Shown: piece by piece, positions 21,901 through 32,191 of the stretch
How the letters are laid out: every line of letters starts with the position of its first letter
Position numbering within the stretch: the stretch's first letter is position 1
Assembly: GCA_048886685.1 (NCBI GenBank)
Contig: JBHLKM010000003.1
Coordinates: forward strand, 192,001-256,000
Reading direction: 5' to 3'
DNA: 64,000 nt
Origin: Candidatus Hodarchaeota archaeon
GTDB taxonomy: Archaea > Asgardarchaeota > Lokiarchaeia > Sigyniarchaeales > SOKP01
Program-made: the position numbers and the translations under genes
The notes under the pieces: model-generated
Databases searched by the model: none
What the model was told of the DNA's origin: nothing
What the model saw: only the letters and a program-made list of their open reading frames with translations

Positions 21901-22967
21901 GTGAAGAGAGGATTATTTCTCCTGAAGCTCTGCTAGCAATTAATAGTATTAAAAGAGTACACATTCCTGCTAATTTCAATTTCACTCATGGATTTACATA
22001 TGAGAATGAAAGTACAATCTTGAAAATTAATGTGAAAAATACTGGAGATATTGTATTTGGAATAGATTCAATTTATTTAACAGATTCTTTGATTGAAGTT
22101 GATTATGCAGATTTCTATACACAAAGTGGAAGCGTACTTTTGTATGAAAACCAAGAAGATTTTATAATTATTGATGCAACCAATTATGGTAATTTTGAGA
22201 TTAATGATGAAATACTAGTCTGTGTTACTGGAAGTTTTGGAATAACAGGTTCGGTAACATCAGATATAGGTTATATTCATACAGTTAAAGATGATCCAGA
22301 TATTCAAATAATTGAAAATATCGATGATATAATGACTTCTTTTATTTATGCTAATGAGACAGGGAAATTAGTAATTAAAAATACCGGAGATGAGCCTGTG
22401 ACCATTGATGATATCTATGTGAATTCCACTCTTGCTACAAATATAACATATCTCTCGGGAAAACCTTCTCTTGACATTCAAGAATGCGCAATTGTATCTT
22501 TTGACATTCCAGATTTAATGTTAAACAAATCAACCGAAATAATTGTGAATATTACAACTACTTCTACCGCTACAACTAGCGAGACTTTTAATGCTTATGT
22601 AGATCCAGCATATTATAGTCTTGTGATTGATGACGATGCAACTGAGGTAGATAACAATGCAAATATGACTTTATTATTTACAAATACCGGAAAGGCTAAT
22701 GTAACAATTGAATCCCTCTATGTAAATGATACTTATGTTCCGTTATCAAATATTTATGCTTATTTTAATAATACTTGGGTACCATTAACAAGTAGTAATA
22801 TATTAGCTTTTGAAATAGGCATTGGAGATACTATGGAATTAACCATCAGAGTTAATGATCTCGAAGTGATTACAGGTCTTACGATTAATGTTGATGATGA
22901 AGTAATAATCACTATACGAACTGAAGAGGGTCCTGAGATTATTCACGAAGAAATTGTAATTCCTTAG
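18996..22967 (+). CDS. aglB: oligosaccharyltransferase AglB/STT3 with long C-terminal beta-rich extension
   Basis: FDPW, DNE, SVAE, WWDYG, DNAT motifs; multi-TM N-terminal half. Confidence 0.93.
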   Translation: MVKIVASLRNFRDRIRTSISIKTQNVLFFFAIFLVIFLAILLRISPIIRGPRLIKAFDPWIQWYNAEYLSEHSLYEYFSWHDFKSWYPNGFYRGTLRPGLTFTVVIIYKILTFFGIPISLYDICYFFPAVMGGLTVLVIYFLGKEILDRGTGLIAAFFLAFNPGYMQRTMVGFFDNETIGVFASLLTFLFLLKAIRTGRFLYSILSGLSLGYLSLSWGGYQFVYLIIPLLCIILILIDKYNENILISYAVVEGTGLLIFSLYTGFRYDALFSDLETGGIFLFTIILIIFHIIQTKRVEHPSLYKSILNAVKWGFIPVFLIGAIIIWTAPDLLPFGFGAKFQTILNPLFRDEISLVASVAEQMPSPWSVFYYNTLIPLVLTPLGVYFCFKVLNAPEIFLITFVILMFYFTGSMIRIILIFSPAVSLMGAYGLVSVLKIFGSFLGDRREGISRKRKRQLKGTIGNSEILAIFMIVGFLGVAQIVHASDISIDQFSYTQISPAGVLHDWEESLMWMRSNLEGTDVVVSWWDYGYWLTPIGNVTTVNDNATMNSTRIGLTGMALMQTNEIYSAKAFRRLKADYVLVYFGLMISGLGGDEGKWPWMIRICNDNYARYKARGMEEDNWGEDFVFNESSYQDPNTGRMCPNWFNSQLVKLMFSSAPELGYYLPTNRDEVQREDIRWTYVNTINNENNPTCEGGVWKDYIPDNGLYDYNIFIPTYISSTGLVKLFKLDYTVLESSFTIQEAEVFENGYATFKLTNTGTKDLTIKSVKINGTDYDFVISNSAEINKIENGASEMVWVDIKSKGTTFQKNDVVNIDVTAESVALQGKKYEFSNATKNFFVKVPAQGAIKINKENSSIIQKDLLTTDIYLEVENYGESIEVLERFYLNEDTIENEINSNNIEYLSGSSILKPGEKADIYINDINVIDFDSVEIMGTNLYVSKIGVATPNNVSDEVLFSSTLENYSISILSEERIISPEALLAINSIKRVHIPANFNFTHGFTYENESTILKINVKNTGDIVFGIDSIYLTDSLIEVDYADFYTQSGSVLLYENQEDFIIIDATNYGNFEINDEILVCVTGSFGITGSVTSDIGYIHTVKDDPDIQIIENIDDIMTSFIYANETGKLVIKNTGDEPVTIDDIYVNSTLATNITYLSGKPSLDIQECAIVSFDIPDLMLNKSTEIIVNITTTSTATTSETFNAYVDPAYYSLVIDDDATEVDNNANMTLLFTNTGKANVTIESLYVNDTYVPLSNIYAYFNNTWVPLTSSNILAFEIGIGDTMELTIRVNDLEVITGLTINVDDEVIITIRTEEGPEIIHEEIVIP

Positions 22968-23115
22968 AATTAACCTATATATTTTAACTTAAATAATATT
23001 CATTTCTTTAGAAATAATCATAACATATGGTTCATTAGAATATTTATAGTCTTATCTCTTATATATTACATTTTATATAAATTAAAAATAAATCAAATTA
23101 TCAATTAAAAACTAA

Positions 23116-25148
23116 ATGATTATGGATTTTCAATTACAAACTGAATATAAACCTGCAGGCGATCAACCTTTAGCTATTCAAACATTAACAGAGAATATTA
23201 GGAATGCTAAAAGTTTTCAAACCTTATTGGGCGCAACTGGGACAGGGAAAACATTTAGTATTGCTCAAATAATACAAGAAGTACAGAAACCAACATTAGT
23301 AATGTCTCCTAACAAAACTTTATGTGCCCAACTCTATAATGAGTTTAAAGAACTCTTTCCTGAAAATGCCGTTCACTACTTTGTCTCTTACTATGACTAT
23401 TATCAGCCAGAAAGAACATTTCATTAAGAAATTTTCTGGAAGCATACATGCCTGTTTCGGGGATGTACATAGAAAAAGACTTCAGTGTGAACGAGGAAAT
23501 AGAAAGATTACGATTGGCTGCTACTCACGCTATTAGGACAAGAAAAGATGTTATTATAGTCGCTTCTGTTTCATGCCTTTATGGAATTGGGAACCCAGAG
23601 GTTTGGACAGCAGTTTCTCTCAGTTTAGAAACAGGACAAACGATTAACCGGGGGGAAATATTGAAAAGGCTAATTAGCATTAATTATGAGCGAAACAATA
23701 TTGATTTTAAACCAGGCGTGGTAAGGGTAAGAGGAGACATTATAGATATATGGCCAGCATACTTAATTAATGCTTTACGGGTTTCGCTTTTTGGGGATGA
23801 GATTGAATCAATTCAAGAGATACATCCAATTTCGAGTGAAGTATTAAACGATTTACCTAATTGCCGAATTTTCCCTGCCACTCATTTCATCATTCCAGAA
23901 GAAAATAAAGTGAAAGCGCTTGAATCAATAGAGGTTGAATTAACTGATCAACTTGATAAATTTAAGAAAGAAAAAAAATATGCTGAAGCACAACGATTAG
24001 AAAGACGCATTAAATTTGATTTAGAAATGTTAAGAGAAATGGGGTGGTGCAAAGGTATAGAGAACTATTCTAGACATCTAGATGGAAGAGCACCCGGTTC
24101 TCCTCCTATGACATTAATTGACTACTTCCCAGAAGATTTCCTTATTGTCGTGGATGAATCTCATGTTTCAATCCCTCAAATTCATGGACAAATCGGGGGA
24201 GATAGATCTCGTAAGAAAAATCTTGTAGACTATGGGTGGCGTTTGCCAAGTGCCTACGATAATAGGCCACTTACTTTTGAGGAGTGGGAGAGTAAAATTA
24301 AATATACAATTTTCATGAGTGCTACTCCGGGAGATTATGAATTAGAGAAAAGTGGGGAAATTTCAGCAGAGCAAATAATTAGACCTACAGGTCTTGTAGA
24401 TCCTCAGGTTGAGGTTAGACCTGCGAAGAACCAAATTGATGATTTGTTAGGAGAAATTAGAAAAGTCGTAGACAATAACGGCAGGGTTTTAGTTACTACA
24501 CTTACTAAGAGGATGGCTGAAGATATAGCAGATTATTATTCTGAATTGGGAGTTAAAATAGAATACTTACACTCAGAAGTCGATACTGTGGAGAGATTTG
24601 AGATATTAAGGCAATTAAGAGATGGTACTTATGATGTTGTAGTAGGAATTAATCTTCTTCGAGAAGGATTAGATCTTCCTGAAGTGCAATTAGTTGCAAT
24701 CTTAGATGCTGACAAACTTGGATTTCTACGCGATACTCGTTCTTTAATTCAAACAATTGGAAGAGCCTCTAGAAATGTTGAAGGAAAAGCAATCTTATAC
24801 GGTGATAGAACCTCTATAGCAATGAAAGCGGCGATAGACGAAACAAATAGGAGAAGGAATAAACAGATTGCGTACAATGAGAAAAATGATATAACCCCTC
24901 AAACAATTAAGAAAAATATTCTAAAATCTTTATCAGAGGAAAAAGAATATAAAGAAAGAGAAGTAAAAAGATTAAAACAGAATGTTAAAGCAAAAATAGA
25001 TCAATTACAAGAGGAAGGAGATATTGAGATTGTGATTGAATATCTTGAGAATAAAATGTTTATGGCTGCAAAGGAACTTAGATTTGAGGATGCAGCATAT
25101 CTACGTGATAAAATTAAGGAAATACAAAAAGATTATAAAAAAACATAA
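23116..25148 (+). CDS. uvrB: excinuclease ABC subunit B, interrupted; predicted join(23116..23412,23442..25148), 667 aa
   Basis: [20 protein letters not shown] in part 1; AYMP..., [19 protein letters not shown] and UVR domain in part 2; removing 29 nt restores the frame. Confidence 0.93.
23413..23441 (+). other. candidate 29-nt bulge-helix-bulge intron in uvrB mRNA
   Basis: CCAG 23407-23410 pairs with CTGG 23436-23439; 3-nt bulges AAA 23411-23413 and AAG 23440-23442; internal stem-loop; canonical cuts give YQPE|AYMP. Confidence 0.8.
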
Positions 25149-25343
25149 TGATGTCTATTTTTTAATATCAACGTACCATATTAGGAGCCACTATAAGCTA
25201 GAATTTGATTTTTTTCAAAGGAGCTCAAAAATAATGATGGTGATTAAGCTCTCTTAGTCTTATAAAACTGAAAAAGCTATATATAAAAATAATCTAATTA
25301 TATCTATTTAATAATATATTCCAATTATAAAAAGGAGAAAAAA

Positions 25344-26105
25344 ATGTCAAGTGATGTTTTAATTTATGAAGTTAAAGATCAGATTACATACATAACATTA
25401 AACAATCCAAAGCGAAATTTGCTAGATCCTCCTTTATGTAAAGCCTTGGGAGAAGCATGGGAACGCTTTGCTGACGACTCCGAAAGTAGAGTTGCAATTC
25501 TCGGTGCAAATGGTCCAGACTTTAGTTTTGGTGCAGATCTCAGACACAGAGGTTTATTAAAAGATCTTCGTAAGGCATTTCCCCCTAATGGGACTAAAAT
25601 CCTGAAACCTATCGTTGGAGCAGTACATGGAACTGTTGCGGGAAGTGGATATGGGCTTGCGATTAGAGGTACAGATATAACTTATGCTACAGAAGATGCT
25701 CAGTTTATCTTTGGTGAAGCGTGGGTAGGAATTGTAGGTGGAATTATAGAATATACCCCTTACATGCCTTTTAAGATTGCTATGGAATTTTATATGGGTG
25801 GGCAACCAATGAGTGGTAAACGGGCTTATGAAGTGGGTTTAATCAATCATATAACTAAAAACAAAGAGGAGCTTATGGTAGAAGCCATCAAAATGGCTGA
25901 AATTCTACGCGACAATGCGCCATTAACACTAAAAGCGATTAAATATGGGCTTTATAAGAATTTGGAGCCTGCAGCAAGAAAAGCAACGCGTTTAGCACAG
26001 GAGGAATTCAATACGTTTATTCAACCTCAATTAGATAGTGAAGACCTGCAGGAAGGTATCGCAGCGCTTAGAGAAAATAGAAAGCCAATATTTAAAGGGC
26101 GCTAA
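25344..26105 (+). CDS. enoyl-CoA hydratase/isomerase (crotonase) family protein
   Basis: FSFGADL, KPIVGAVHG, A...GLIN, APL....K, EG..A..E.R.P.F.GR. Confidence 0.88.
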   Translation: MSSDVLIYEVKDQITYITLNNPKRNLLDPPLCKALGEAWERFADDSESRVAILGANGPDFSFGADLRHRGLLKDLRKAFPPNGTKILKPIVGAVHGTVAGSGYGLAIRGTDITYATEDAQFIFGEAWVGIVGGIIEYTPYMPFKIAMEFYMGGQPMSGKRAYEVGLINHITKNKEELMVEAIKMAEILRDNAPLTLKAIKYGLYKNLEPAARKATRLAQEEFNTFIQPQLDSEDLQEGIAALRENRKPIFKGR

Positions 26106-26281
26106 TACGTCGCTTTAGTATTTTTTTGGAAGAAGAAATAAGAAGAACTAATAAGAAAATGAGTAAGAATTGGCAATAATTTATTATTGAGTTATCTTCC
26201 TTTTTTTTTTTGAAAGAATCCTTATTTTAATTCAGGATGATTTTAAAAAAAAATGAGAATTTAAACTTGGAAAATATAAAC

Positions 26282-27385
26282 TTAGCCAAAAATATTTAAG
26301 CTTATTCCTTTGGGATATTCATCTCTTACTTTTACCATTTTGATTGCGTTATTAGGACAATTCACAGCACAGGTTCCACATCCTATACACATTTCTTCTC
26401 TGACTTTCATTCTTTCATCCGATGAATCTGGTTTATTTGGCCAAATATGATAAATTGCTTCATTTGGACATTTTTCCATACATATTTCACATTTAGTACA
26501 GAGTTCCATATCAAATTCAGGAGCAAAATTGGTCTGATTTACGCCCTTATAATGATATAATTTTGCTGGAAGAAGTGCTCCGCAATGGCAACTACAACAG
26601 TTGCAAATCCACTGTGAGGTCTCCTTACTGGTATCTGCAACAGTATTATGAATAAGTCCTGCTTTTTCAGTTTCTCTAATAAATTCAATAGCTTGTTCCT
26701 TAGTTAGTCTTTTTGCCCCATAAGAGATTTGCCTTTCTGCAGCTTCTCCAGTTAAAAAACAACCCATTTCAGCGGATGCTACTTCACAAGGCTCATCTGT
26801 ATATTCACCAATTAACCGACATTGACAAGGTACAACCGCAAACGATTCATTTTTATCGATCATATCTTTAACTACCTCAAAAGGAAGCACTTGAGTCTCA
26901 ACATCTAAAGATTCATCAACTTTAATTAGCTTCTCCTCAGAGTCATATGGAAGCAAAGGACGGAATCCTCTTCTGATATTATCAACATTATCTAAATCTG
27001 GTGTCCTGTTCTTAAAAATATAGCGATAAATCTCTGCAACCTTGCGAAGATTTTCTTGGGAATCCTTACGTCTTATGAAATACATTTCAAATATACCCGG
27101 TACAAGAGGTAATAATCTATAATCTGACCCAGATCTTAAAATAGTACCATTTCTTGCCGATCTTCTTAATAGTTCTTCTATTTCTTCTTCTGATTTACCT
27201 GTTTTTTCCGCTAATTCTTTTCGTAAGGTTATTTTACCAACATTATTAAATTGAGACAAAATTTTTATCTCTTCTTCATTCCAGAAAATCTTCATCAATT
27301 TGAATATTTTTTTGTGGTTAGGAGCAGTTATTCTACCTATTTGTAGTTTTTGTCTTACAATTTCATAATAGTCAACCACAGTCAT
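26282..27385 (-). CDS. 4Fe-4S dicluster protein with N-terminal HTH-like region
   Basis: CQCR, ICNCCSCHC and two CxxCxxCxxxCP motifs. Confidence 0.85.
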   Translation of the reverse strand: MTVVDYYEIVRQKLQIGRITAPNHKKIFKLMKIFWNEEEIKILSQFNNVGKITLRKELAEKTGKSEEEIEELLRRSARNGTILRSGSDYRLLPLVPGIFEMYFIRRKDSQENLRKVAEIYRYIFKNRTPDLDNVDNIRRGFRPLLPYDSEEKLIKVDESLDVETQVLPFEVVKDMIDKNESFAVVPCQCRLIGEYTDEPCEVASAEMGCFLTGEAAERQISYGAKRLTKEQAIEFIRETEKAGLIHNTVADTSKETSQWICNCCSCHCGALLPAKLYHYKGVNQTNFAPEFDMELCTKCEICMEKCPNEAIYHIWPNKPDSSDERMKVREEMCIGCGTCAVNCPNNAIKMVKVRDEYPKGISLNIFG

Positions 27386-27629
27386 AAAATAATTGAGGAT
27401 TGTATTTATTATAAATTTTTCAGATCAATATGAAACTTAATTTTTAAGATTTCAAAATCTGTTTTAAGGAAAAAGCATGAGTTTTACATACGAATTTTTC
27501 TTATCTTTCTATTGTTTTTATCCTTTTTAAGCTTCCTAGAATTTATTAAAGCTTAATAAATACCATTTATCAGGAAACTTAAGATTATAAAGGAAAAAAA
27601 AAAATTAATTTTGAATTTATTATAAATTC

Positions 27630-29813
27630 TTACTTCAACATATGTCTCTTTTTTCTTATAATAGTGTATCCGATTCCGAGAATAGCTATTAATGATGCAG
27701 ATAAAACTGAGTAAACTGAATAACCTGGGATCAATGCTTTTTCACGCTCAGTTGGTGAGTATTTAATCAATTCATAATGCATGAAACCCCAATACCAGCT
27801 ATAATCCCAATCTTTATCGACGGCATGCCCAATCAGATCATTTGCTAGATATATCTGTGGATATTGATAGTTTTGAGCCCAATCACATAGTTTATTATAT
27901 GAATCCTGTTGTCCAGTACTGTTTTGAAACCACATTTTAGCTATTAATTCGTCGCAAGTTGTATTATAGTTAAAGCCCATATTCATAAATCCAGTGTATG
28001 GAAAAAATTGCCCGTCAGCCAAGCTATTACCTTTATAATAGGCTTGAATGTAAGCAAGAACGTTTACTCGGGTATAATACCATTTTATTGCAAATCCATC
28101 ACATGTAAACCAAGGAAATGACCAACTACCACCGGTCATTGAAGTATAAGTATCAGGGTCATTTTTGGTAAGCGTTATACCACATCCAATATCCTTAAGA
28201 CTGGTTGTCATCAAATCTTTAGTTTCTAGATGAGCATCATCATAACTATAATCAAAGTTATAAATAGGGTTGGTCTCTGCTATATAATTCCATTCTGCTG
28301 TCGAATTAGAAAGATCCAGCTCTCTATCAGCACATATTGGTCCCCAAAAATCATCATCGAGAAGGGCTTGGCGTGCTATGTCAAGATCATGATAAGCAAG
28401 TGGTATGGAGCTATTATAATATACATTGTTTTTTGGAAGCAATCCTCCACCACGCTCTACACGATCATCAAAAGCAACATGTACGTATGTGTCATAATCA
28501 AAAGCATAAGAAATCGCTTTCCTAAACGCTCGATTCACTCCCTCTGCGTTTATCGTGCCATCTGGATTCATTATTCCTGAACCCATGAATGGATACTGGA
28601 GACCTGGGTAAATGTTGTATGGAGCGCTATTCATGGGGATGTCTCCATCAGCAAAATACGTTTTCAACCATGTTTCGTTGATGCAATTTAAAATGATGTT
28701 TTCTCCATAATTTTCAAGACCCATAGGTATATATCTTATATCAGGGGCAGCAATCATATCCTCATAATTAATAGGTTCCCATGCACGGTCATAAGCCCAG
28801 TCAATTTCTCCAGCAACCATAGCAGTACTCCTTGCTTGATATCCATCTTCGCTGTGGGCAAATGTAGCTAGTGCAACATATGGAACCATATGCCAACCCC
28901 GAGCTTGTGAATCAGTAGCGTTCCACCAATCATCAAATCTATTCATTGTACCAATACCACTTCCAAGGTTATGACCTACAAACTGATACGGACCTGTACC
29001 TATCAGATGTCCAGTTTCGTATCCCTCCATAATAGTATCTTCATAGGCTTTATACGCCTCCATTGATATCATCCGTAATCCTACAGCTCCGCTGAGATAA
29101 CCTGGGCCAGTTCGCCAATCATTAAAAGAAATGTTTACCTTTCCTCCCGATTGTAGATTTTCTGTGATTGTCACACCTGCAATCCGGGGAAAGCGGCTAA
29201 CATAATCTCCAGAAGCCCCATATTCTGCATAAGTTGATGGCACTCCATCAAATTGCGTAACATTCCAACCGACTGTTTCATAATCTTCCCAATCAGCTAC
29301 TTTTAACCACCAAGTTGTTCTCACACTAATTAAACTTTGTGGAATAGACGAGGGGAGAATACCACTGATATTTCCTGTAATTCTCATAACTCTATCAATA
29401 TTCCATTTACATACTGTAGCATTCCAATCTGAGCCGTCATGGAATTTAACACCTGATCGAAGGGTTACCTCCATTGACTTTATTCCCGCATAATTCATAA
29501 AACCAGCAGCATTTATTTCATTCGGTCTATTTTCAAATTCCCAGCTTGTTGCAAGTACTGGGTCAAGTTCGCTATAGTCACCACTCCAACCATCTCGAGG
29601 TGAAAATAACGCTTCAATAGCGCTAAACATGTAATAATCACCAGTACTGGTCACAAAACAAGTTGGGTCCCAATTGGCTATGGGTCGTGCTCCACAAGCA
29701 CCCACAACAAAAAGAGGTATATCATCCTGAGCGTTTACTGTTATAGGTATGATTGGCAGTAACATAGAAGTAAGACAAAGAGTTAATATTAATCTTTTTG
29801 AATACTTTCTCAT
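27630..29813 (-). CDS. ABC transporter substrate-binding protein family 5 (Opp/Dpp)
   Basis: Signal peptide, P.LATSW, LRSGVKFHDGS, GTGPY, RKAISYAFD; C-terminal IPGY-TM-RKKR anchor. Confidence 0.9.
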   Translation of the reverse strand: MRKYSKRLILTLCLTSMLLPIIPITVNAQDDIPLFVVGACGARPIANWDPTCFVTSTGDYYMFSAIEALFSPRDGWSGDYSELDPVLATSWEFENRPNEINAAGFMNYAGIKSMEVTLRSGVKFHDGSDWNATVCKWNIDRVMRITGNISGILPSSIPQSLISVRTTWWLKVADWEDYETVGWNVTQFDGVPSTYAEYGASGDYVSRFPRIAGVTITENLQSGGKVNISFNDWRTGPGYLSGAVGLRMISMEAYKAYEDTIMEGYETGHLIGTGPYQFVGHNLGSGIGTMNRFDDWWNATDSQARGWHMVPYVALATFAHSEDGYQARSTAMVAGEIDWAYDRAWEPINYEDMIAAPDIRYIPMGLENYGENIILNCINETWLKTYFADGDIPMNSAPYNIYPGLQYPFMGSGIMNPDGTINAEGVNRAFRKAISYAFDYDTYVHVAFDDRVERGGGLLPKNNVYYNSSIPLAYHDLDIARQALLDDDFWGPICADRELDLSNSTAEWNYIAETNPIYNFDYSYDDAHLETKDLMTTSLKDIGCGITLTKNDPDTYTSMTGGSWSFPWFTCDGFAIKWYYTRVNVLAYIQAYYKGNSLADGQFFPYTGFMNMGFNYNTTCDELIAKMWFQNSTGQQDSYNKLCDWAQNYQYPQIYLANDLIGHAVDKDWDYSWYWGFMHYELIKYSPTEREKALIPGYSVYSVLSASLIAILGIGYTIIRKKRHMLK

Positions 29814-29878
29814 ATTATTTATTCGCCTTATATAATTATTTTACACAAAATTTATTTTTCGATTTTTTTGTTAAAATT

Positions 29879-29899
29879 TAAATTTACTTCGTAAATTTA
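29879..29899. promoter_or_regulatory. candidate operator TAAATTTAC-TTC-GTAAATTTA
   Basis: Perfect 9-bp inverted repeat in the divergent SBP/permease intergenic region. Confidence 0.6.
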
Positions 29900-30061
29900 T
29901 TTAAAGGTTATGATTATAATATATTTAAACATTACTGAAAATGATCAGTATTTACCAAGAAACCATTAATTAAAAAAAATATAAAGAATTAAATCATAAC
30001 GAAGCGAAGAATTTAAGAAAATTAAAAAATTTTTAATTTAATCCTATAGAGATGAGAAAGG

Positions 30062-31129
30062 ATGGCTAAACCAAAAACAAATATGATAAAATATATCCTC
30101 AGACGGATATTAATGATGGTACCAATGCTGATTCTTGTTCTAACTTTTGCCTGGATTTTGTCGCATATGATGACTGTAAGCCCAGTTACCAATAAATTAA
30201 GTGGATTAGTCGAACCTGAATTCATCGAAGCAGAATTACAGAGAATTGGATATTATGATCCCTGGTATGTTCAACTTGGTGCCTATTATAAGAATTTTTT
30301 TACAGGAAATTGGGGTACTTCTTATGTAATTCGAGATGGTGAACCTGTACTCAAATTTGTTTTAGAAGTATTTCCAAAAACAATAGAATTAATGATAATT
30401 CCGATCATAATAAGTCCTATTATTGCAGTTAAGCTTGGATTATCATCCGCAGTCCATAAGGACAAATCAAGAGATCTTTTCATTAGAACTCTAGCAATTT
30501 TTGGAGCTGGATTTCCAGTGTTTTGGATTGCTACTTTGCTCCAGCTCTTCTTTGGTTATTATATAGATATATTTACATACGGACAGTTTGATTTACCCAT
30601 TATGTTCCAAAATCAACCTGGATTATCAGCTCCTGTACCAGATGGTGCATTTAGCACAGGATTTCGTATTATTGATAGTTTCATCTATAATGATCAAGAA
30701 TTTCTTTGGGATACAATATTACATTTATTTGTTCCAGCTCTTTGTTTAACTTTTGTTTCATTAGCTAGTGTTACAAGGCAAACCCGATCAAGTATGTTAG
30801 ACGTTTTAGATCAAGATTATATTAGAACTGCGCGGGCCAAAGGTGTTTTAGAAAAGGATGTTATAAATAAACATGCCCTTCGCAACGCTTTATTACCTAC
30901 CAGTAATCTTATTATAGGAGGGACCGCAACGGCATTGCTAGGATCTTTTTTTATAGAAGTAACTTTTACCTATAACGGTTTTGGATATTATATGGTGAAT
31001 TCTATATTCGCAGGGGATTATTTGGTTATTAACGGACTCTTAGTATTTGCAACTATAATACTTATTTCAGGAACATTAGTTGCAGATGTAATGTATACTA
31101 TTATTGATCCTAGAATAACATACAGATAA
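30062..31129 (+). CDS. peptide-type ABC transporter permease (DppB/OppB-like)
   Basis: YILRR, G.WGTS, RSSMLDVL.QDYIRTARAKG, DPRI. Confidence 0.93.
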   Translation: MAKPKTNMIKYILRRILMMVPMLILVLTFAWILSHMMTVSPVTNKLSGLVEPEFIEAELQRIGYYDPWYVQLGAYYKNFFTGNWGTSYVIRDGEPVLKFVLEVFPKTIELMIIPIIISPIIAVKLGLSSAVHKDKSRDLFIRTLAIFGAGFPVFWIATLLQLFFGYYIDIFTYGQFDLPIMFQNQPGLSAPVPDGAFSTGFRIIDSFIYNDQEFLWDTILHLFVPALCLTFVSLASVTRQTRSSMLDVLDQDYIRTARAKGVLEKDVINKHALRNALLPTSNLIIGGTATALLGSFFIEVTFTYNGFGYYMVNSIFAGDYLVINGLLVFATIILISGTLVADVMYTIIDPRITYR

Positions 31130-31147
31130 GATAAAATTGAGAGGGAG

Positions 31148-32149
31148 TTGAAAATTACAGAACAAGCTTTTATAGAGGATATAGCTAATAAGCAATCTAA
31201 ATCACTAACGAAAGAGAAATTTATTCGATTTTTAAGATTTTATTTAATTCCTGGTTGGCGAGATCCTGAATTTGCTTCTCAAGAATATGAATCAGAAAAA
31301 ATAAAATCTAAAAGGAGAATGTTTAGACGCCTTCTTAAACCTCTAACAATAACAGGATTCGTAATGATTATATTCATTTTAATATTAGCAGTATATGCTC
31401 CTTGGTTAACTCAATATAGCCTAGGTGAAATTATATCACCATATTATCCTCCCGAAGGAAATCCTTTTGATGATCCATCACCAGAACATCCGTTTGGGAC
31501 AACAAAGTATGGATATGATATTTTAGCAAGACTTATTTGGGGAAGTCGAACTACTGTCGTAATGGCATTAATCCCAGTAACCATTGCTATTGGAGGAGGT
31601 ATTCTCTTAGGGACAATAGCAGCATATTTTGGTGGAATGGTTGATTATGTTATGATGCGTTTTGTAGATTTAATGTATGCATTTCCGAATTTGATACTTG
31701 TCATCATACTTGTTCCTATATTGGGACAAGAATTATTAACTAGTCTTGTAATTTACGGAATTCTTTTTATACCATATAATATCAGGTTTATGCGATCACT
31801 TGTATTACAAGTAAAACAACTGGAATTTATTGAAGCAGCAAAAACGGGTGGTGCGCAAAAATTCAAAGTGATGTTTAAACATATTATACCAAATGCAATA
31901 TCTCCTATATTAATAGCTTTTTTTGGAGGTGCAGCAATTGCAATATTAGGGCTAGCAGGTCTAGCTTTTATAGGACTTGGAGATCCAACTGTTGCTAGCT
32001 GGGGAACCGATATTAATTGGGCAAGAGCTTCATTTAGCAATTTCAATGCAGCTGTTTGGCCCGGATTTTTTATAGGAATAACAGCTATAGGGTTTATGCT
32101 CATAGGAGATGGTTTGCGAGATGCATTGGATCCACGATTAAGTAAATAA
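31148..32149 (+). CDS. peptide-type ABC transporter permease (DppC/OppC-like)
   Basis: HPFGT, FIEAAK..GA, HIIPN, GDGLRDALDPR. Confidence 0.93.
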   Translation: MKITEQAFIEDIANKQSKSLTKEKFIRFLRFYLIPGWRDPEFASQEYESEKIKSKRRMFRRLLKPLTITGFVMIIFILILAVYAPWLTQYSLGEIISPYYPPEGNPFDDPSPEHPFGTTKYGYDILARLIWGSRTTVVMALIPVTIAIGGGILLGTIAAYFGGMVDYVMMRFVDLMYAFPNLILVIILVPILGQELLTSLVIYGILFIPYNIRFMRSLVLQVKQLEFIEAAKTGGAQKFKVMFKHIIPNAISPILIAFFGGAAIAILGLAGLAFIGLGDPTVASWGTDINWARASFSNFNAAVWPGFFIGITAIGFMLIGDGLRDALDPRLSK

Positions 32150-32191
32150 AAAAAAGGGGGATAAAAGGTTTTAGATACAATATATCAAACT

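Noticed and set aside
23116-25148. uvrB as two separate genes, a simple frameshift pseudogene or a programmed ribosomal frameshift
   Set aside because: A frameshift alone would leave about 10 extra residues in an invariant motif. Both halves look intact, and the BHB cut sites restore the motif exactly. These readings are disfavoured but not formally excluded.
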